Source of the DNA: Octopus vulgaris | Lineage: Eukaryota | Reading direction: 5' to 3' | NCBI GenBank assembly: GCA_951406725.2 | Contig: OX597828.1 | Span: 17,608,001 to 17,672,000, forward strand | Length of the DNA: 64,000 bases | Program-made: the position numbers and the translations under genes | Shown: in pieces, positions 14,205-27,446 of the stretch | Numbering within the stretch: the first letter of the stretch is position 1 | Layout: every line of letters begins with the position of its first letter | Notes under the pieces: model-generated | What the model saw: only the letters and a program-made list of their open reading frames with translations | What the model was told of the DNA's origin: nothing | Database searches by the model: none

Positions 14205-14549
14205 AAATAGTAATAATGGTGTTTTTATAGAAGCTTAAACCTTATGGCGATCACCGTACAACGACCACATCCCTTTGTTAACGTGACTGTGTTACCTTTA
14301 CACCAGCGAATCATCTATTATAGTTCTTAAATTTGACAGTGCAAGCGAGGTTGATTGGCTGGCGTAAAAGTAACTCACTTAGTCACATTAACAAAGGGAT
14401 GTGGGTTCGACTCCCACGCAGATAGGAAAGTCTTCTTTTCTTTCTGTCGAGGGCTTATATGCCCCTTTATTAGACTATTTTCCTTAGTCACTGCACGGGA
14501 ATCGCCAAAATTTTTAAACTTATATAAAAATACCATTATTATTATATTT
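14205..14549. mobile_element. Diverged head-to-head inverted pair with a tRNA-like head
   Basis: 14205-14313 is the reverse complement of parts of 14352-14549; right arm has A-box-like TGGCGTAAAAG and B-box GGTTCGACTCC. Confidence 0.6.
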
Positions 14550-14589
14550 CCATATTCTTCGTGGTGGATAAAATTCTAAGTCAACAAAT

Positions 14590-15704
14590 GGATGGCCCTG
14601 CAGTTGTTGTTGCCACATGTGTGAAATATTTCGATAAAAAATTGCCCACTTTCAAAATGTTACAAGACCGTTTGCACACGAAGTTCAGATAGAAGCGGAT
14701 GATGCTAGCGGGAATGTTTCAACTACATCAAAGAGAAAAATATTATAAGCAAAAACATTATAAATGTTTGAACACTAGAAGGAGAGCGCAGTTCATTGAA
14801 CGTGTTCAATACATTATCGATGATGATACTGGAATATTTATGAGTGCCATCGCCAACAACTTTCAGGTGTCGCCGTAGACTATCAGAACTGTGGTACCCG
14901 AGGACATTCGATGTAGCTTGTATGTGTTGGGGAGAGGCAATTCATGCTTGTAAAGACTGGAAAATACCTTTGACCCTTGACTATCGGTCACATAATAAGA
15001 TTTAAAAAACCCTTAGAAATATGGCATGCCATAATTCTTTTGGCAAAATCTTTAAAGATCAAACGTCTAACGGAAGTGGGAGATGGATGTATACTGATCA
15101 TACTGATGTTCCTAGAGTGATGTCCACAAAGGTTTCCGCAACTGTAATGTTTGGAAGTGGTAAGTAACGTGAGACCAACTTACATCGTTTTAGAGGACCT
15201 TAGAATTATTGCTTCTGCATACAATCAAGTGCTGAAGGCCGTCGTTAAACCTTGTATGAATGAAGTGAGCAGCGGAAGGTCATACATGTTTAAACAGGAC
15301 TCGGTACCATCAAACACGTGACTAAACAATGCTTATGAGAAAACTTTAATGTCATATAAAACCAAATGTCTGAATTCAGCAGATTTAAATCCCACGTTTC
15401 GGAGCTTTGTTAAAAGGGAAACTAATTGACATTATTATAATACTATAGCTGCATTTAATGGTCTTCAATGTCCAGACGAAATCCGAAATAAACGAGGAAC
15501 GTTCAGTAGTGATATGTCAATGATTCCGATCCAGGATTGAAGTAGTCATGGATGCTGAAGTCTGATTCATAGAATGGATCTAATAAATAAGTTTATCGGG
15601 AACATCCGCACAAATATTTATTATAATATATTTGCCTCTTGCTGGATCCGAGTTGTTTTATTTAATTACCAAGTATGTTTTCAAATACTTCCCGTACCCT
15701 GTAT
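14590..15704 (+). mobile_element. Degenerate Tc1/mariner-superfamily transposon (maT/DD37D-like)
   Basis: Broken frames: VVKPCMNEVSSGRSYMFKQDSVPSNT, LNSADLNP, FVKRETN, RSRIEVVMDAE; ends in ACCCTG-TA. Confidence 0.7.
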
Positions 15705-16054
15705 ATGTATAATTCTTCCAACGCGGACTTTAACTAACATATATTTCTTTCTCCTACTTGTTACATCAGTGTTCAGTCAATCAGTTTTCTCTTGTCTAGA
15801 CTCATTTCACCAACTAAGATTATTAAGGACGAATCGTCCATACACAGTATGTCACATGGCTGTAGAATTCGAATTACGGATGCCAGCCACATGACTGGAT
15901 TTAATCCAATTTCCGTCAATCCAATTTGGCTCAAAAAGTACCAGACGCCCTGAGATTATAGAAAATGTCATTTTTTGAAGAACCCTCGAGGGGCAGTCGG
16001 ACTTCGGGACTCATGAATGCAAAGCGATCTTCTCAACTATTCTAGCATTGTGCG

Positions 16055-16109
<55 letters not shown>

Positions 16110-17412
16110 CTTTTAATTGTTTACTTGTTTCAGTCATTAGACTGCGGCCCTGCTGGAGTACCGTCTTGGAGGATTCTTAGTCGAGTGAATCGACCACAGA
16201 ACTTATTTTCTTTTTCAGCCTGGTAAATATTCTTTCCGCGAAGTTATGGGGACGTAAGCATACCAACGCCGGTTGTCCATCAGCAGTGGGGGGACAAACA
16301 CAACCACATAGACAAAGCATGCATACGCACATATTTATATGACATATAGAATCAATAGGTTTTGTTTTGGTGGAAGTCAGCAATGAAATTGTTCGAATGA
16401 CAACAGTACGTAGATACAGCTTCCAATCTGTTAATGCGACGTTCGGTTAGCATTATGTCGTTCTATTGATGAATCACAATGACACCCTTACAGACATCTT
16501 GGCTCCATCATAAAGAAAGATGGCTTTTAACCACAGATTAACGACAAATTTCCGTTTTCGAATCATTTTCCTTAGACAAGCTAAAACCAGTTACTCGACT
16601 GTATCCCCAAATACTCACCATTTCGCATTCATCCGGCTAGCTGAAGATAGTATTAAATTGTTGTTTGAGATTATATTGAAGTATTGTGTCAGCGAATTTT
16701 AACAAATTTGAATGCCAAAGCAGTACGGTTTTAATAAAACGCAGTTTTATCGTTTAATCTTTTAAATTTTCGACCACAAAGAGGTTCTTTTTTTTTGCTG
16801 TTTTATTAAAACCGCATTGTTTTGGTTTTCAAATTTGTTCAATTTCGTTGATACAATACTTTAATATAACCTCAAACGCCACTCTAATACAATTTGCATC
16901 TAGCCGTATGAACTTGAGATAATGTGTGTTTGTATATACAGTCAACTGACTACTTTAAACATCTCTGAGGAAAATGATTCGGAAACGGAAATTTTTCGTT
17001 AATCTGTTGTGAACATTGTCTCTTTTTTTTGTAACGAAGCTGAAAAAAAAATAGAACGATAAAAATAAAGAAATTATCAATAATAGTTTCTTTATGATTT
17101 CCCCGACACAACAACGGACTTTTAGCAATACACTGCAACAAATGATTAGTGTGAAATATCAACTTACATACTCTTGTAATCTGAATATTCTTATTTTGAC
17201 CTTATGTCTCTATAGACGACAGATTTCAACACACTTCTGGTTTACGAAACTTTATTCATAAGGTATTGTTATCCACACGTTTGCATGAGAATTACACTAC
17301 CTCAATATCCTGTGCAGAGAGCAAAAAGGTCGAACCTAGAATGATCTGCTTTTGAAACAACCATCTTAATCCTTTTCGTTACCATATTTCCGTTGAGATA
17401 TACTAACTTTGA

Positions 17413-17732
17413 GAAGGTGCGTGGTTTAGTGGTTAGGACATTCGGCTCTTGATCGCAAGGTCGTGAGTTCAATTCCCGTCGACGTGTTGTGTCCTTGAGC
17501 ATGACACTTTGTTTCCCCTTGATCCACGTCACTCAGCTGGCAAAATGGAGTAGTACCTGGATTTCAAAGGGCCAGTCTTGTCACACTGTGTCACGATGAA
17601 TCTCACAGAGAATTATGTTAAGAGCACATGTGTCTGTGGAGTGCCTACCCATATGCACGCTAATTTTATGAGCAAGCTGTTGCGTTGAACACATCAACCG
17701 GAACCCTCGTTGGCGTTACGGAAGGAGTGCCA
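17413..17732 (+). mobile_element. SINE family D (Meta/V-like core) with tail type 1
   Basis: tRNA-like head (TGGTTTAGTGG, GAGTTCAATTCC); GTGTCCTTGAGCATGACACTTT core; tail shared with family C. Confidence 0.75.
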
Positions 17733-17780
17733 TGCTAACTATAATTCAATTTATTTTGGAAATAACGAAGAATCTAGTGG

Positions 17781-18166
17781 ATGGAAGCACTCCGTCGGTT
17801 TCGACGACGAGGGTTCCGGTTGATCCGAATCAACGGAACAGCCTGCTCGTGAAATTAACGTGTAAGTGGCTGAGCACTCCACAGACACGTGTACCCTTAA
17901 CGTAGTTCTCGGGGATATTCAGCGTGACACGGAGAGTGACAAGGCCGGCCCTTTGAAATACAGGTACAACAGAAACAGGAAGTAAGAGTGAGAGAAAGTT
18001 GTGGTGAAAGAGTACAGCAGGGATCACCACCATCCCCTGCCGGAGCCTCGTGGAGATTTTAGGTGTTTTCGCTCAATAAACACTCACAACGCCCGGTCTG
18101 GGAATCGAAACCGCGATCCTATGACCGCGAGTCCGCTGCCCTAACCACTGGGCCATTGCACCTCAC
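17781..18166 (-). mobile_element. SINE family C with tail type 1, full length with TSD
   Basis: tRNA-like head TGGCCCAGTGGTTAGGGC...GTTTCGATTCC; TSD GAAGAAT(C/T)TAGT at 17767 and 18169; near-identical to 45540. Confidence 0.9.
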
Positions 18167-18644
18167 CAGAAGAATTTAGTAAAACAGCTGAGTCATTATA
18201 AAACTGATGTTTGGCACATAAATTAACATAAAATTTGGTTCACTGGTTTTAATATAGATTACTTTAAAACTGGGACTTTTGTATCATAAAACCAGAGCGG
18301 TTTCGGGCAGGTTGGTATCAAAAGGGTTAAACGACAGGAATATATTTTCATTTAAGTAATTTTTAGTAGTAAGGCCTCCTGTACGAAACGATTCAATTCT
18401 GGAGATTTTTCTATTTCTGTCTCTTTATATTTTTTTTGCTTTCCACCCACATTGGGTGTTAAGAGTTCTTGTATAGGATTATCATATAAATTCATTGTTA
18501 TTTTATTTGTTTACTTTAATCCCTTCCCATGTAGTTTGAATTAACACGAAAATAGTTTTCTTGAATTATTTCGTGTTTTTGTTCTCTAGTTCTGTTCGTC
18601 ATCTACAATTTTTGTTTATCCTATTTGAAATTTGAGTAAATATT

Positions 18645-19180
18645 GGTTTCAAATTTAAACAAAAGACCAGCAATTTCGAGAGAGAAGGGGTAAGTCGATT
18701 ACATCAACACCAGTATTCCACTGGTACTTATTTCTTTGTCACCGAAAGGCTGAAAGGCAAAATCGACTTCGGTGAAATTTGTATTAACAGAATATAGGTT
18801 TTAATGGTTTCAAAATTTAGTACAAGGCCAGAAACTCAGAAGAGAGGGTAGATTGATTACATCAACCTCAGTATTCGACTGGTACTTATTTCCTTGTCTC
18901 CGAAAGGATGAAAGACAAAATTGACCTCGGTGGAATTTGAATTAACAGAATAAGGATTTTAATGGTTTCAAAATTTAGCAGAAGGCCAGAATGTTTGGTA
19001 GAGGGAGGTAAGTCGATTACATCGACCCCACTATCAACTGGTACTTATTTCACCGACCCCGAAATAATGAAAGACAAAATCGAACTCGGCTGGTTTTGAA
19101 CTCATGACTTAAAGATGGACGAAATACCGATAAGTATTTTAAAGTCCAGCGTACTAACGATTCTACCAACTCGGTGTCCA
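18645..19180 (-). mobile_element. SINE family B with triplicated 3' module
   Basis: Three ~160-170 bp units containing GATTACATC...CTGGTACTTATTT. Confidence 0.75.
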
Positions 19181-19525
19181 AATTTAAATAGATATTACCT
19201 CTTTCAAGACCTACAGTGATGGAGAGTCAAGCAGGGAAACGGAACGAAAGAATTCTTCTGAGAACACATTACTCCATAAAGACGAAGGTTTTTGTTCACA
19301 ACAGAAAACGTTAAGCAGACGTTTTGTTTCGACACGATCGCTGTCAATCCCTGGGGTTCAAATGTAAAAATAGGTATGGCTAATTGATTAAAACTCTTAT
19401 GCGAAACTACTTGGTTTCTGGGTTTCTCGCACTATTTTTACAAAGTGTCTTCTGCTCTAGTCTTGAGATGACCAATATCTTGTGAATGGAAAATGTGCCG
19501 AAACATCTCAAACATTGATACATAC

Positions 19526-19607
<82 letters not shown>

Positions 19608-20184
19608 CCATACATAGCAAGCAAACGCACGCACACACATATAGTTATGTATACACACACACATGCACACGCACGCACACATACGTATATAATTTGCATA
19701 CAGTTACGGTACATGTCTGTGTGTGTCTGCGTATGTTTTAATTTACACCAGTTGATAAAACAATGATGTGTTTTGGTTGTAGGCTAATATGGCCAAACTC
19801 GAATGTTTGAAATCAATAAAAGAGTGAACGAATAAAAGGAGACGGTCTTTGCTTATTGTCACTATAGAATCTCTAAGTACAAATCATATTCTGAGATCGG
19901 ATCTATTAAATCAACAGTACTGTACCCTAGAAAATAATGATCGCTCTCTTTCCCCGGAAATTAATAGCTTAATGGGAAATTTGTATGATAAAAAGATAGC
20001 TGTGCGTTCCGATGGTAGAGATTTGATGTATCCTTTTACTTTCTGACTTCAAATGTCATCTCTGTCAAACTACCCACTTCGTTATCTCAAGATCGATAAA
20101 ATAAAGTTCCAATTAATTTCTGGGGTTGATGTAATCAACTTTCACTTCGCTAACTTTTGTGCACTTCGGTTTATACTTTGTCCT

Positions 20185-20400
20185 AGTGTCCAACCCTTGC
20201 TGTGATGTGGTGACTTCTATCTCTCACTTACTTGAAGGCTCTACCAGCATATCAGCGGTGTGCAAGTTCCTGGTAGTGCTTGCCTTGTCGGCCAGGTCAA
20301 AGGATAGAGGCCAAACTAATATGCACCACCACTTCCGAGAGGTAAAAATGGGTTTATGTAGGGCCAACATCGCTATCTTGAAACAAAAGGAGGGTTACAT
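20185..20400 (+). mobile_element. Possible RTE-like LINE 5' UTR remnant
   Basis: GCCAGGTCAAAGGATAGAGGCCAAACTAA...GTAGGGCCAACA resembles RTE 5' regions; recognition only. Confidence 0.3.
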
Positions 20401-20820
20401 AAGCATTGATAATTCAAAAGCTTCAATATCAGGGAGAAGAAAAGCAGAAAATACAGCCCAATGCTGAAAACAAAGGAGAAAGGTTACCGATCGACCACAC
20501 AGCATAGGAAGCAAAAGGCTTAACTAAGGTGGGTCTATACACTATACGCTTTCGGTTCTTGTCATGAGTCATATCAAGTCAAATTCTCACTAATGTTTAA
20601 GCTGAAGGCATGAACATCACAACGTCTCATTTTCTCCCATCACTTATGAAGACTTGTGCATTCGCCAAAATCCTAAACAGACATATATGTACACACATAC
20701 ACACATACATACATACATACATACATACATACATACATACATACATACATACATACATTATTTACATTATTTACATTATTTACATTTGACGGATATTTGT
20801 CCTCACCTTATTTGTTGTTA

Positions 20821-20864
20821 ACACAACGTTTCGGCTGATATGCCCTCCAGGCTTCATCAGGTGT
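20821..20864 (-). ncRNA. Minimal type I hammerhead ribozyme motif (H1)
   Basis: ACAC-CTGATGA-agcctggagggcatatcagcc-GAAA-CGTT-GTGT. Confidence 0.7.
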
Positions 20865-20949
20865 CTTGGGGAAATTTCGAACCAGGGTGTAGTGGTTAAG
20901 AGCGCGGGCTACTAACATCAAGTTTCCGAGTTCGATTCCAAGCAGTGAA

Positions 20950-21030
<81 letters not shown>

Positions 21031-21164
21031 CCATGATATGAGGACCTACTGTGACGCTAGGGTCAAGGGATGACCCCGATTAAGCAGAAGACAACGGACC
21101 ATATTTTATTTTTAAAACAATAATAATAATAGGAGTGAGAACCCAGGTTCGAAATTTCCCCAAG

Positions 21165-21208
21165 GCACCTGATGAAGGCTGGAGGGTATATCTGCTGAAA
21201 CGTTGTGT
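21165..21208 (+). ncRNA. Minimal type I hammerhead ribozyme motif (H1)
   Basis: GCAC-CTGATGA-aggctggagggtatatctgct-GAAA-CGTT-GTGT. Confidence 0.7.
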
Positions 21209-21409
21209 TAACAACAAACAAGATGAGGACAAATATCCGTCAAATATAAATAATGTAAATAATGTACATAATTCTTCATCTCTTAAATATAGAACTGTAA
21301 AATACACACGTATACACAAATTCATAAATAAACGCATACATACATATATATACACATACATATATACGCACATACACACAAACATACATATATACATATA
21401 TATATATAT

Positions 21410-21785
21410 AATACAAAATGGGACAAGAACGCAAAACATCCGGACAACTAGGTGATACAAAAAAGGGAGAACAAAATATCCAGATAGACGATACAAAAAA
21501 ACAAGGACGGGTCATTCGAAGCCTTCTATCCTCAGTCAAGAACCGGATCATCCTCCCAATTTCGGCTGATTAATCTTGAGATTGCTCCAATCTGGTCAGC
21601 CCCGAGGAAAATCTAAGGTAAGAGCATTAGATTCCTTGGAAGAAAGCATCGAATGTATACAAACACAAGGACGGAAAAACGGACAATGTTGCACAAATAT
21701 AAATACAATAAAAATAAAAACAATAATAACAGGACAAAACAACAAGTGTCTTTTGGCTGTGGACGAATTGAATTCAACTGGCGTG
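21410..21785 (-). repeat. Dispersed repeat family U
   Basis: Reverse complement homologous to 6150-6405; end abuts (TA)n. Confidence 0.7.
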
Positions 21786-22154
21786 TGTGGAAATGAGGTA
21801 CATACATATACACATACATACAAACAGACATACACACATACATATACATATACATACATGCATATGAAAAGAAAGATGGTCGCCACCGGTAAATATGATG
21901 TAAAGTTATTTTATTCATTCTCTCATTTTCTTTCTACATTAAATATGTGGAATTGTGCCTCAGTAAGAAATCATTATTACTTGCCGCCAATCATAAACTA
22001 AGCTAATCGGAACAATACAGATGTACATTGGTAGTAAATAGTGATAACACTTTGCGAAAAACTAACCGTCCTCTCCCGACCCCCACCCACTCCTTCCCTC
22101 CCTACCTCCACCCCCCGCTCTCCTTCCATGCCTCGCCGGTTGCTTGTTGTTTAC

Positions 22155-22189
22155 TTGAACAAATGCCAGAAACGGTTTCTGTTTATCAA
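22155..22189 (-). CDS. Candidate small exon
   Basis: Long pyrimidine tract ending TTTCCAG, 35 nt, donor AA|GTAAAC; open as LINRNRFWHLF or DKQKPFLAFVQ. Confidence 0.25.
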
Positions 22190-22670
22190 CTGGAAATTGT
22201 GAAGAAATCGATCAACAGAAGACAGCAGAATTGAATACTATAAAAATCAGTTCATTTTTGTTATTGTTGTGGTTATTGCCGTCGTTGTTGTTGTTGTTGT
22301 TTTTGTTGTTGTTGTTGTTGTTGTTGCTGCTGCTACTACTGCCGCTGCTGCTGCTGTTGTTGTTGTTGTTGTTGTCTTCTTCGGTGTAGGTTTTTAAATG
22401 AGTATGAACTTTGTAGTAAATGTACTAAGTTCGAATAAGAATACTAGTTTCAAAGAAAACGGTTATGAACTTTATAATAAGAGTATTTATCCGGAATAAG
22501 TAGACCATTTGGATAGAAGATGATTATTTAAACATGATGGTCGACATTACTTTCCAGAATATTTCCATATTGATCTCTTACAAGAATGTATTACCATAAA
22601 CAGGAAGAAAAGAGAACTGTATTCTGTGATGTTGATGGTTTTCCTCACACACATTCATGCATTTGCAGCG

Positions 22671-23800
22671 TAACCCTTTTGTTACCATATTTCTGGTGGA
22701 ATACACTGACTTCGTTTCATTTAAACATGAAAATAATGAAGACTTTACTAAAATACTTTTGTTATTATTAAGCTGGTGTTTCAACCTTCAGTAGTTCAAC
22801 AAGCTATATTTTGCTCAAATATTTCACTCGTTTTGACTTCATGTCGGTCAAATCCAGCCTCTCACACCTGCCCTGCAATGTCATTCTAAAAATAGTCAAT
22901 CCCATTATAGAAATCATGAAGGATGATTACTTCAATACAATGTGAATAAATTAGCTTTATATTTGACATACATTTAATCTGAATGGGAAAACGTTAAGGC
23001 GGTGGTGAGCCGTTAGAATGATCAGCTCACCGGACAAAATCCTTAGCGGTATTACTTTCCACCGAGGTCGACTTTGCCTTTCAACCTTTCGGCGTCGATT
23101 AAATAAGTACCAGTTAGGCACCGGGGTCGATAAAATCGATTTAATCCGTTTGTCTGTCCTTGTTTGTCCTCTCTGTGTTTAGTCCCTTGTGGGTAGTAAA
23201 GAAATACGTATTACTTTCCGCCGAGGTCGACTTTGCCTTTCATCCTTTCGGGGTCGGTTAAATAAGTACCAGTTAGGCACCGGGGTCGTTATAATCGACT
23301 TAATTCGTTTGTCTGTCCTTGCTTGTCCTCTTTGTGTTTAGCCCCTTGTGGGTAATAAAGAAATAGGTATTACTTACCGCCGAGATTGACTTTGCCTTTC
23401 ATCCTTTCGGGCTCGATTAAATAAGTACCAGTTACGCACTAGGGTCGTTATAATCGACTTAATCCGTTTGTCTGTCCCTGTTTGTCCTCTCTGTGCTTAG
23501 CTCCTTGTCGGTAGTAAAGGAATAGGTACTACTTTTGGCTTTACATTCTGAGTTCAAGGCCGCTGAGGTCGATTTTAAGTTTCTGGGTCGATAAAAGAAG
23601 TACCATTTGAGCACTCGATGCAATCGACTTGCTCTTTCCCCTAAATTTGCTGAACTGGTGCCAAATTGTGTAACCATTATTAAGCTGGCGTTTAAAACAA
23701 ATTAACATGAAACTATGTTGGAAGATTTAAATTTGGGTCAGTTTAAAACAAGGGTTTTGTATCGTGGAATCAAAGATGACCTCGGATGTTAAAAGGGTTA
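22671..23800. mobile_element. piggyBac-like MITE with nested insertions
   Basis: TAACCCTTTTGTTACCA ... AAAAGGG-TTAA; ATTATTAAGCTGG duplicated around the nested block. Confidence 0.55.
22997..23680 (+). mobile_element. SINE family B with internal tandem array
   Basis: Three full ~160 bp units plus a partial fourth, each beginning CCGAG(G/A)T(C/T)GACTTTGCCTTTCA. Confidence 0.85.
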
Positions 23801-23940
23801 AATATAGGCATTGCACTTCAGTTGTGAATCGAAACAGACTTTGTTTCTCATAAGATTACGTCTTCTAGTACAGCGCTCGCTAAAATCTCGTATTTTGGTG
23901 ACGGAAGATTCTTATTGCTTGCTCAATGACGTTAGCGATG

Positions 23941-24345
23941 TAAGGCGGCGAGCTGGCACAATCGTTAGCACGTCGGGCTAAATGCCGAGCGGTATTTCGT
24001 CTGCCGTTACGTTCTAAGTTCATATTCTGCCGAGGTCGACTTTGCATTTCATCCTTTCGGGGTCGTTAAATTAAGTACCAGTTATGTACTGGAGTCGATA
24101 TAATCGACTTAATCCGTTTGTCTGTCCTTGTTTGTCCTCTCTGTGTTTAGCCCCTTGTGGGTAGTTAAGAAATAGCTATCTCGTCTTGTCTTAACATTCA
24201 GATTTCAAATTTCGACGAGGTCGACTTAGCCTTTCTTCCTTTCGGGGTCGATAAATTAAGTACCAGATACGCACTGGGGTCGATCTAAACGACTGGCCCC
24301 CTCCCTCAAAATTTCGGGCTTTGTGCAAAGAAGAGGAAAGAAAAG
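23941..24345 (+). mobile_element. SINE family B, full length with 16-bp TSD
   Basis: AATGACGTTAGCGATG at 23925-23940 and 24346-24361. Confidence 0.92.
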
Positions 24346-25079
24346 AATGACGTTAGCGATGGGAATTCTTCAACAAGTATCGGTGCAAGAACGGTCGTAT
24401 ATTCACGAAGATCGTGTTGTCACCAAATGGTTTCGAGTTCAGTCTATTAGTGCGGAACCTTGCGCAAGTGGCTTCTACGACAACCCCGGGCCGAATAATG
24501 CTTTGTGAGTGAATTTGATAAACGGAAAATATGTGGAAGGTCGTCATATATGTGCGCGCATGTTTGTGTGTCTGTACATTTTCCTCTGAACCAATGTTTT
24601 ACAACAGGTGTTGTTTTGTTTTCATCCGCATAGCTTAGCTGTAGTGATTTGTTAAAAGAAAAAAGCCGACTCAAAGCAAGTAGTTTGTCGATGCCCATGC
24701 ATGACCGCAATGAAATTACAGAAGAGCATAAAAGAAACGACAAATTGAACGTGGTTTACTGATAGACCAATCCTCATCTGCTCATCACCACACATTAGCG
24801 TATTGACGCACAGGCCACTTGCGATACTCATGCAATGAAGGATATCTATGGCTTTCTCAAATATCGTAAGTCACTTAAAAGATGAAGTACGAAGAAGCTG
24901 AGGTGGTATTAGTGTCTGTTCACGACAACATAAATCACCTGGAAGATCCAATGAAAGGTGAAGTCGGCTTCGGCAGCATTTGAACTCAGAATGTAAAGGT
25001 AGACGAATGCCCCTAAGCATGTTGCCCGGTTTGCTAACGATTCTGCAGGCTCGCTGCCTTAAAGCATGCAACATATTAC

Positions 25080-25150
25080 CAAGGCACACACGCTGACAAA
25101 CGATGCTTGGCTCTGGCTGTAGCTCTGTATGTCTTCCAAAACCAAAAGAG
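25080..25150 (-). CDS. Candidate exon
   Basis: TTTCTTTAG acceptor, TTG|GTAATA donor; SFGFGRHTELQPEPSIVCQRVCL; phase-compatible with 25469-25571 and 24871-24938. Confidence 0.3.
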
Positions 25151-25468
25151 CTAAAGAAATGTATTGATTCCTTACCGCGTTTCATTTGCTGTATTAGCAG
25201 AAATATTTCCAAATTCTTACTAGTATTCTCGCTTGATACTAATACAATTTTAAAATGTTTCCATTTTGTGAAAGCAAAGAAATCTACCACCAATCATCTA
25301 ACCAACAATCCTTTGTACTAGACATGACTAGTTCAACCTCGAACACACAATATAGAGTTTCTGAAACGACTTTATATGGATATTTAAATTGTGAACATTT
25401 TTGCTCACCTTCAATGTACAATTTTCACAAAGTTTCGATCAGTTTTCCTTCCAGACAACTTCAAATAC

Positions 25469-25571
25469 CTCCAGCATTGAAGAGTCAGCGATCGATAAAA
25501 TAAGTCATGCTGGTTGTTTTGTGGGGTCTGCAAGGGTGTCACATTCCTGCATTTTCTGGAACGTACATGTA
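25469..25571 (-). CDS. Candidate exon
   Basis: CCTCTTCTTCACAG acceptor, GAG|GTATTT donor; single open frame HVRSRKCRNVTPLQTPQNNQHDLFYRSLTLQCW. Confidence 0.3.
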
Positions 25572-26031
25572 CTGTGAAGAAGAGGTGGCACATTTAGAAA
25601 CTCAAAAAGCTTAGAGAAAGCTTACTGAAAAAAAGAAAAATAAGAGTGAAGAAACCGATGATACAAGTTTCAATTCCTAGCCGCTTAAGGATTGAACCCG
25701 AAAATTTTTAACTGGCTTAGTATACTTGAGGAGAATAGCACTGACGTTTTAAGTTACTTAAGCATTAAAAATACACATCTGGATCCATATTGAGGGATGG
25801 TGGGGGATATTAGGTCCGTGCCAATAATTGCCTATAAACATACATAAACTGAAGTTTCGGCTGGTATTGACCCAGTCTGTATGTATGATAATAGCACCTA
25901 CCACATATGTATTCACACACACACACACACACATATGTATATATACATACATACCTATATATATATATATATATATATATGTAATATATATACATATATA
26001 TATGAATTTGTGGAGATGTATGTGTTCAGAC

Positions 26032-26155
26032 CAAACGATACACAAATCTCGTATTGAGAAGCAAACACAACTGGCGATTCGGCTTTGAGGATAGCATCCA
26101 GATTGATCTGGTACCAACTTCCGATAGATGCAATGCTTAAATTAACTGACACAGT
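26032..26155 (-). CDS. Candidate exon
   Basis: GCTTTATAG acceptor; single open frame TVSVNLSIASIGSWYQINLDAILKAESPVVFASQYEICVSF; weak donor. Confidence 0.25.
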
Positions 26156-26423
26156 CTATAAAGCAGTATGGTTTGCCAAGAAACACACAATGAAACGTAT
26201 TGAGCAGTTAGTCCAATAATTTATTGACTTGGCCATATTGACTTTACACACATACACGCGGACACACATGCACACTCATACACAGACACACACACACCCA
26301 CACATACACAAACACGCACATACACAGACGCATTGACACAATCCTATACATAAACGATCACAGAAGAAGGATGTAAATAAATGTACAAACATAAACGCAG
26401 AACCATGTACTCATGCATATGTA

Positions 26424-26457
<34 letters not shown>

Positions 26458-26563
26458 CATGTATGTATATGTATGTACATATATATATGCACTTATATAT
26501 ATATATATATATGTATGTATAAATACATACATATGGACTCTCATATATAATTTAGCCCGACGC

Positions 26564-26652
<89 letters not shown>

Positions 26653-26819
26653 ATTTATACATGCATATATATGCAAGTATCTTTATAGATATACATGTAA
26701 GGACAGAAAAGAGCGAAGCGAGAACAACATACCTATGTACATGCACGTGTTTCTATTTGTGTATATGTATCCGGGATATACATAGACACATAAATCCACA
26801 CATACATACATATGTATAA

Positions 26820-26856
<37 letters not shown>

Positions 26857-27037
26857 CACCTCTATGTATACAAACGAAAGAAAAATGGATTCGTTACACG
26901 ATATAAAGTCTACCAGTTGGTGATTCTCTTCATCGACATTCGGCCTTCCAGAAACGTAAATTTAACATAAAGTTGATCAAATAATATCATAGACGATGGT
27001 CGTCGCGTACAGTGCTAATATAGCCGAGGCCTATTGA

Positions 27038-27393
27038 TTATGGAGTGGATATCATATTATGATTATCAGGAAACATGTGCGTAACCAGTGTTACCTCGGT
27101 AGCCGATATTCGATCTGAAGGAAAGAATTGTGAAAGTTTGGTCTTATCTTCTGGAAGCGTTGGAAGAAAATGGAGACGTTTTTGTTTTTTGTTTTTTTGG
27201 CGATCTCGAAAATCGGTGATGAAAACTGAGTATGTCTCAAGCAGTTGGAAACGAAATTTAAGTGTGTGGAATGGATCCACACCTTTTCTTTGTGAGCTAA
27301 GGAATTCTAGAGCCAGCAATTGGCAGAGTAAATGGAGATGATGGTTTTTCTGGTTCACAAAGGCATCATTCTTCTTGATCTTCTGGGACGTAG
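27038..27393 (-). CDS. Probable coding exon of an unidentified gene
   Basis: Longest non-repetitive ORF; acceptor CTCCTGGTACAG is phase 1, matching exon 28978-29089; ends at stop 27038 or donor GAG|GTAACA at 27095. Confidence 0.55.
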
Positions 27394-27446
27394 CTGTACC
27401 AGGAGCAATGGGCGGTATATTTAGGCATTCAACAAGTTTATGAACA

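Larger units (their letters stand above)
17366..18330. mobile_element. piggyBac-like MITE interrupted by two SINEs
   Basis: TTAA-TCCTTTTCGTTACCA ... TGGTATCAAAAGGG-TTAA; homologous to 22671-23800. Confidence 0.55.
20756..21299. mobile_element. tRNA-headed HHR element (family H1), inverted pair
   Basis: Minus-strand tail 20756-20884; tRNA-like head 20886-20950; (AAT)n; plus-strand tail 21135-21299. Confidence 0.8.

Noticed and set aside
22997-23680. CRISPR-like repeat array
   Set aside because: Units are SINE modules without unique spacers; eukaryotic context
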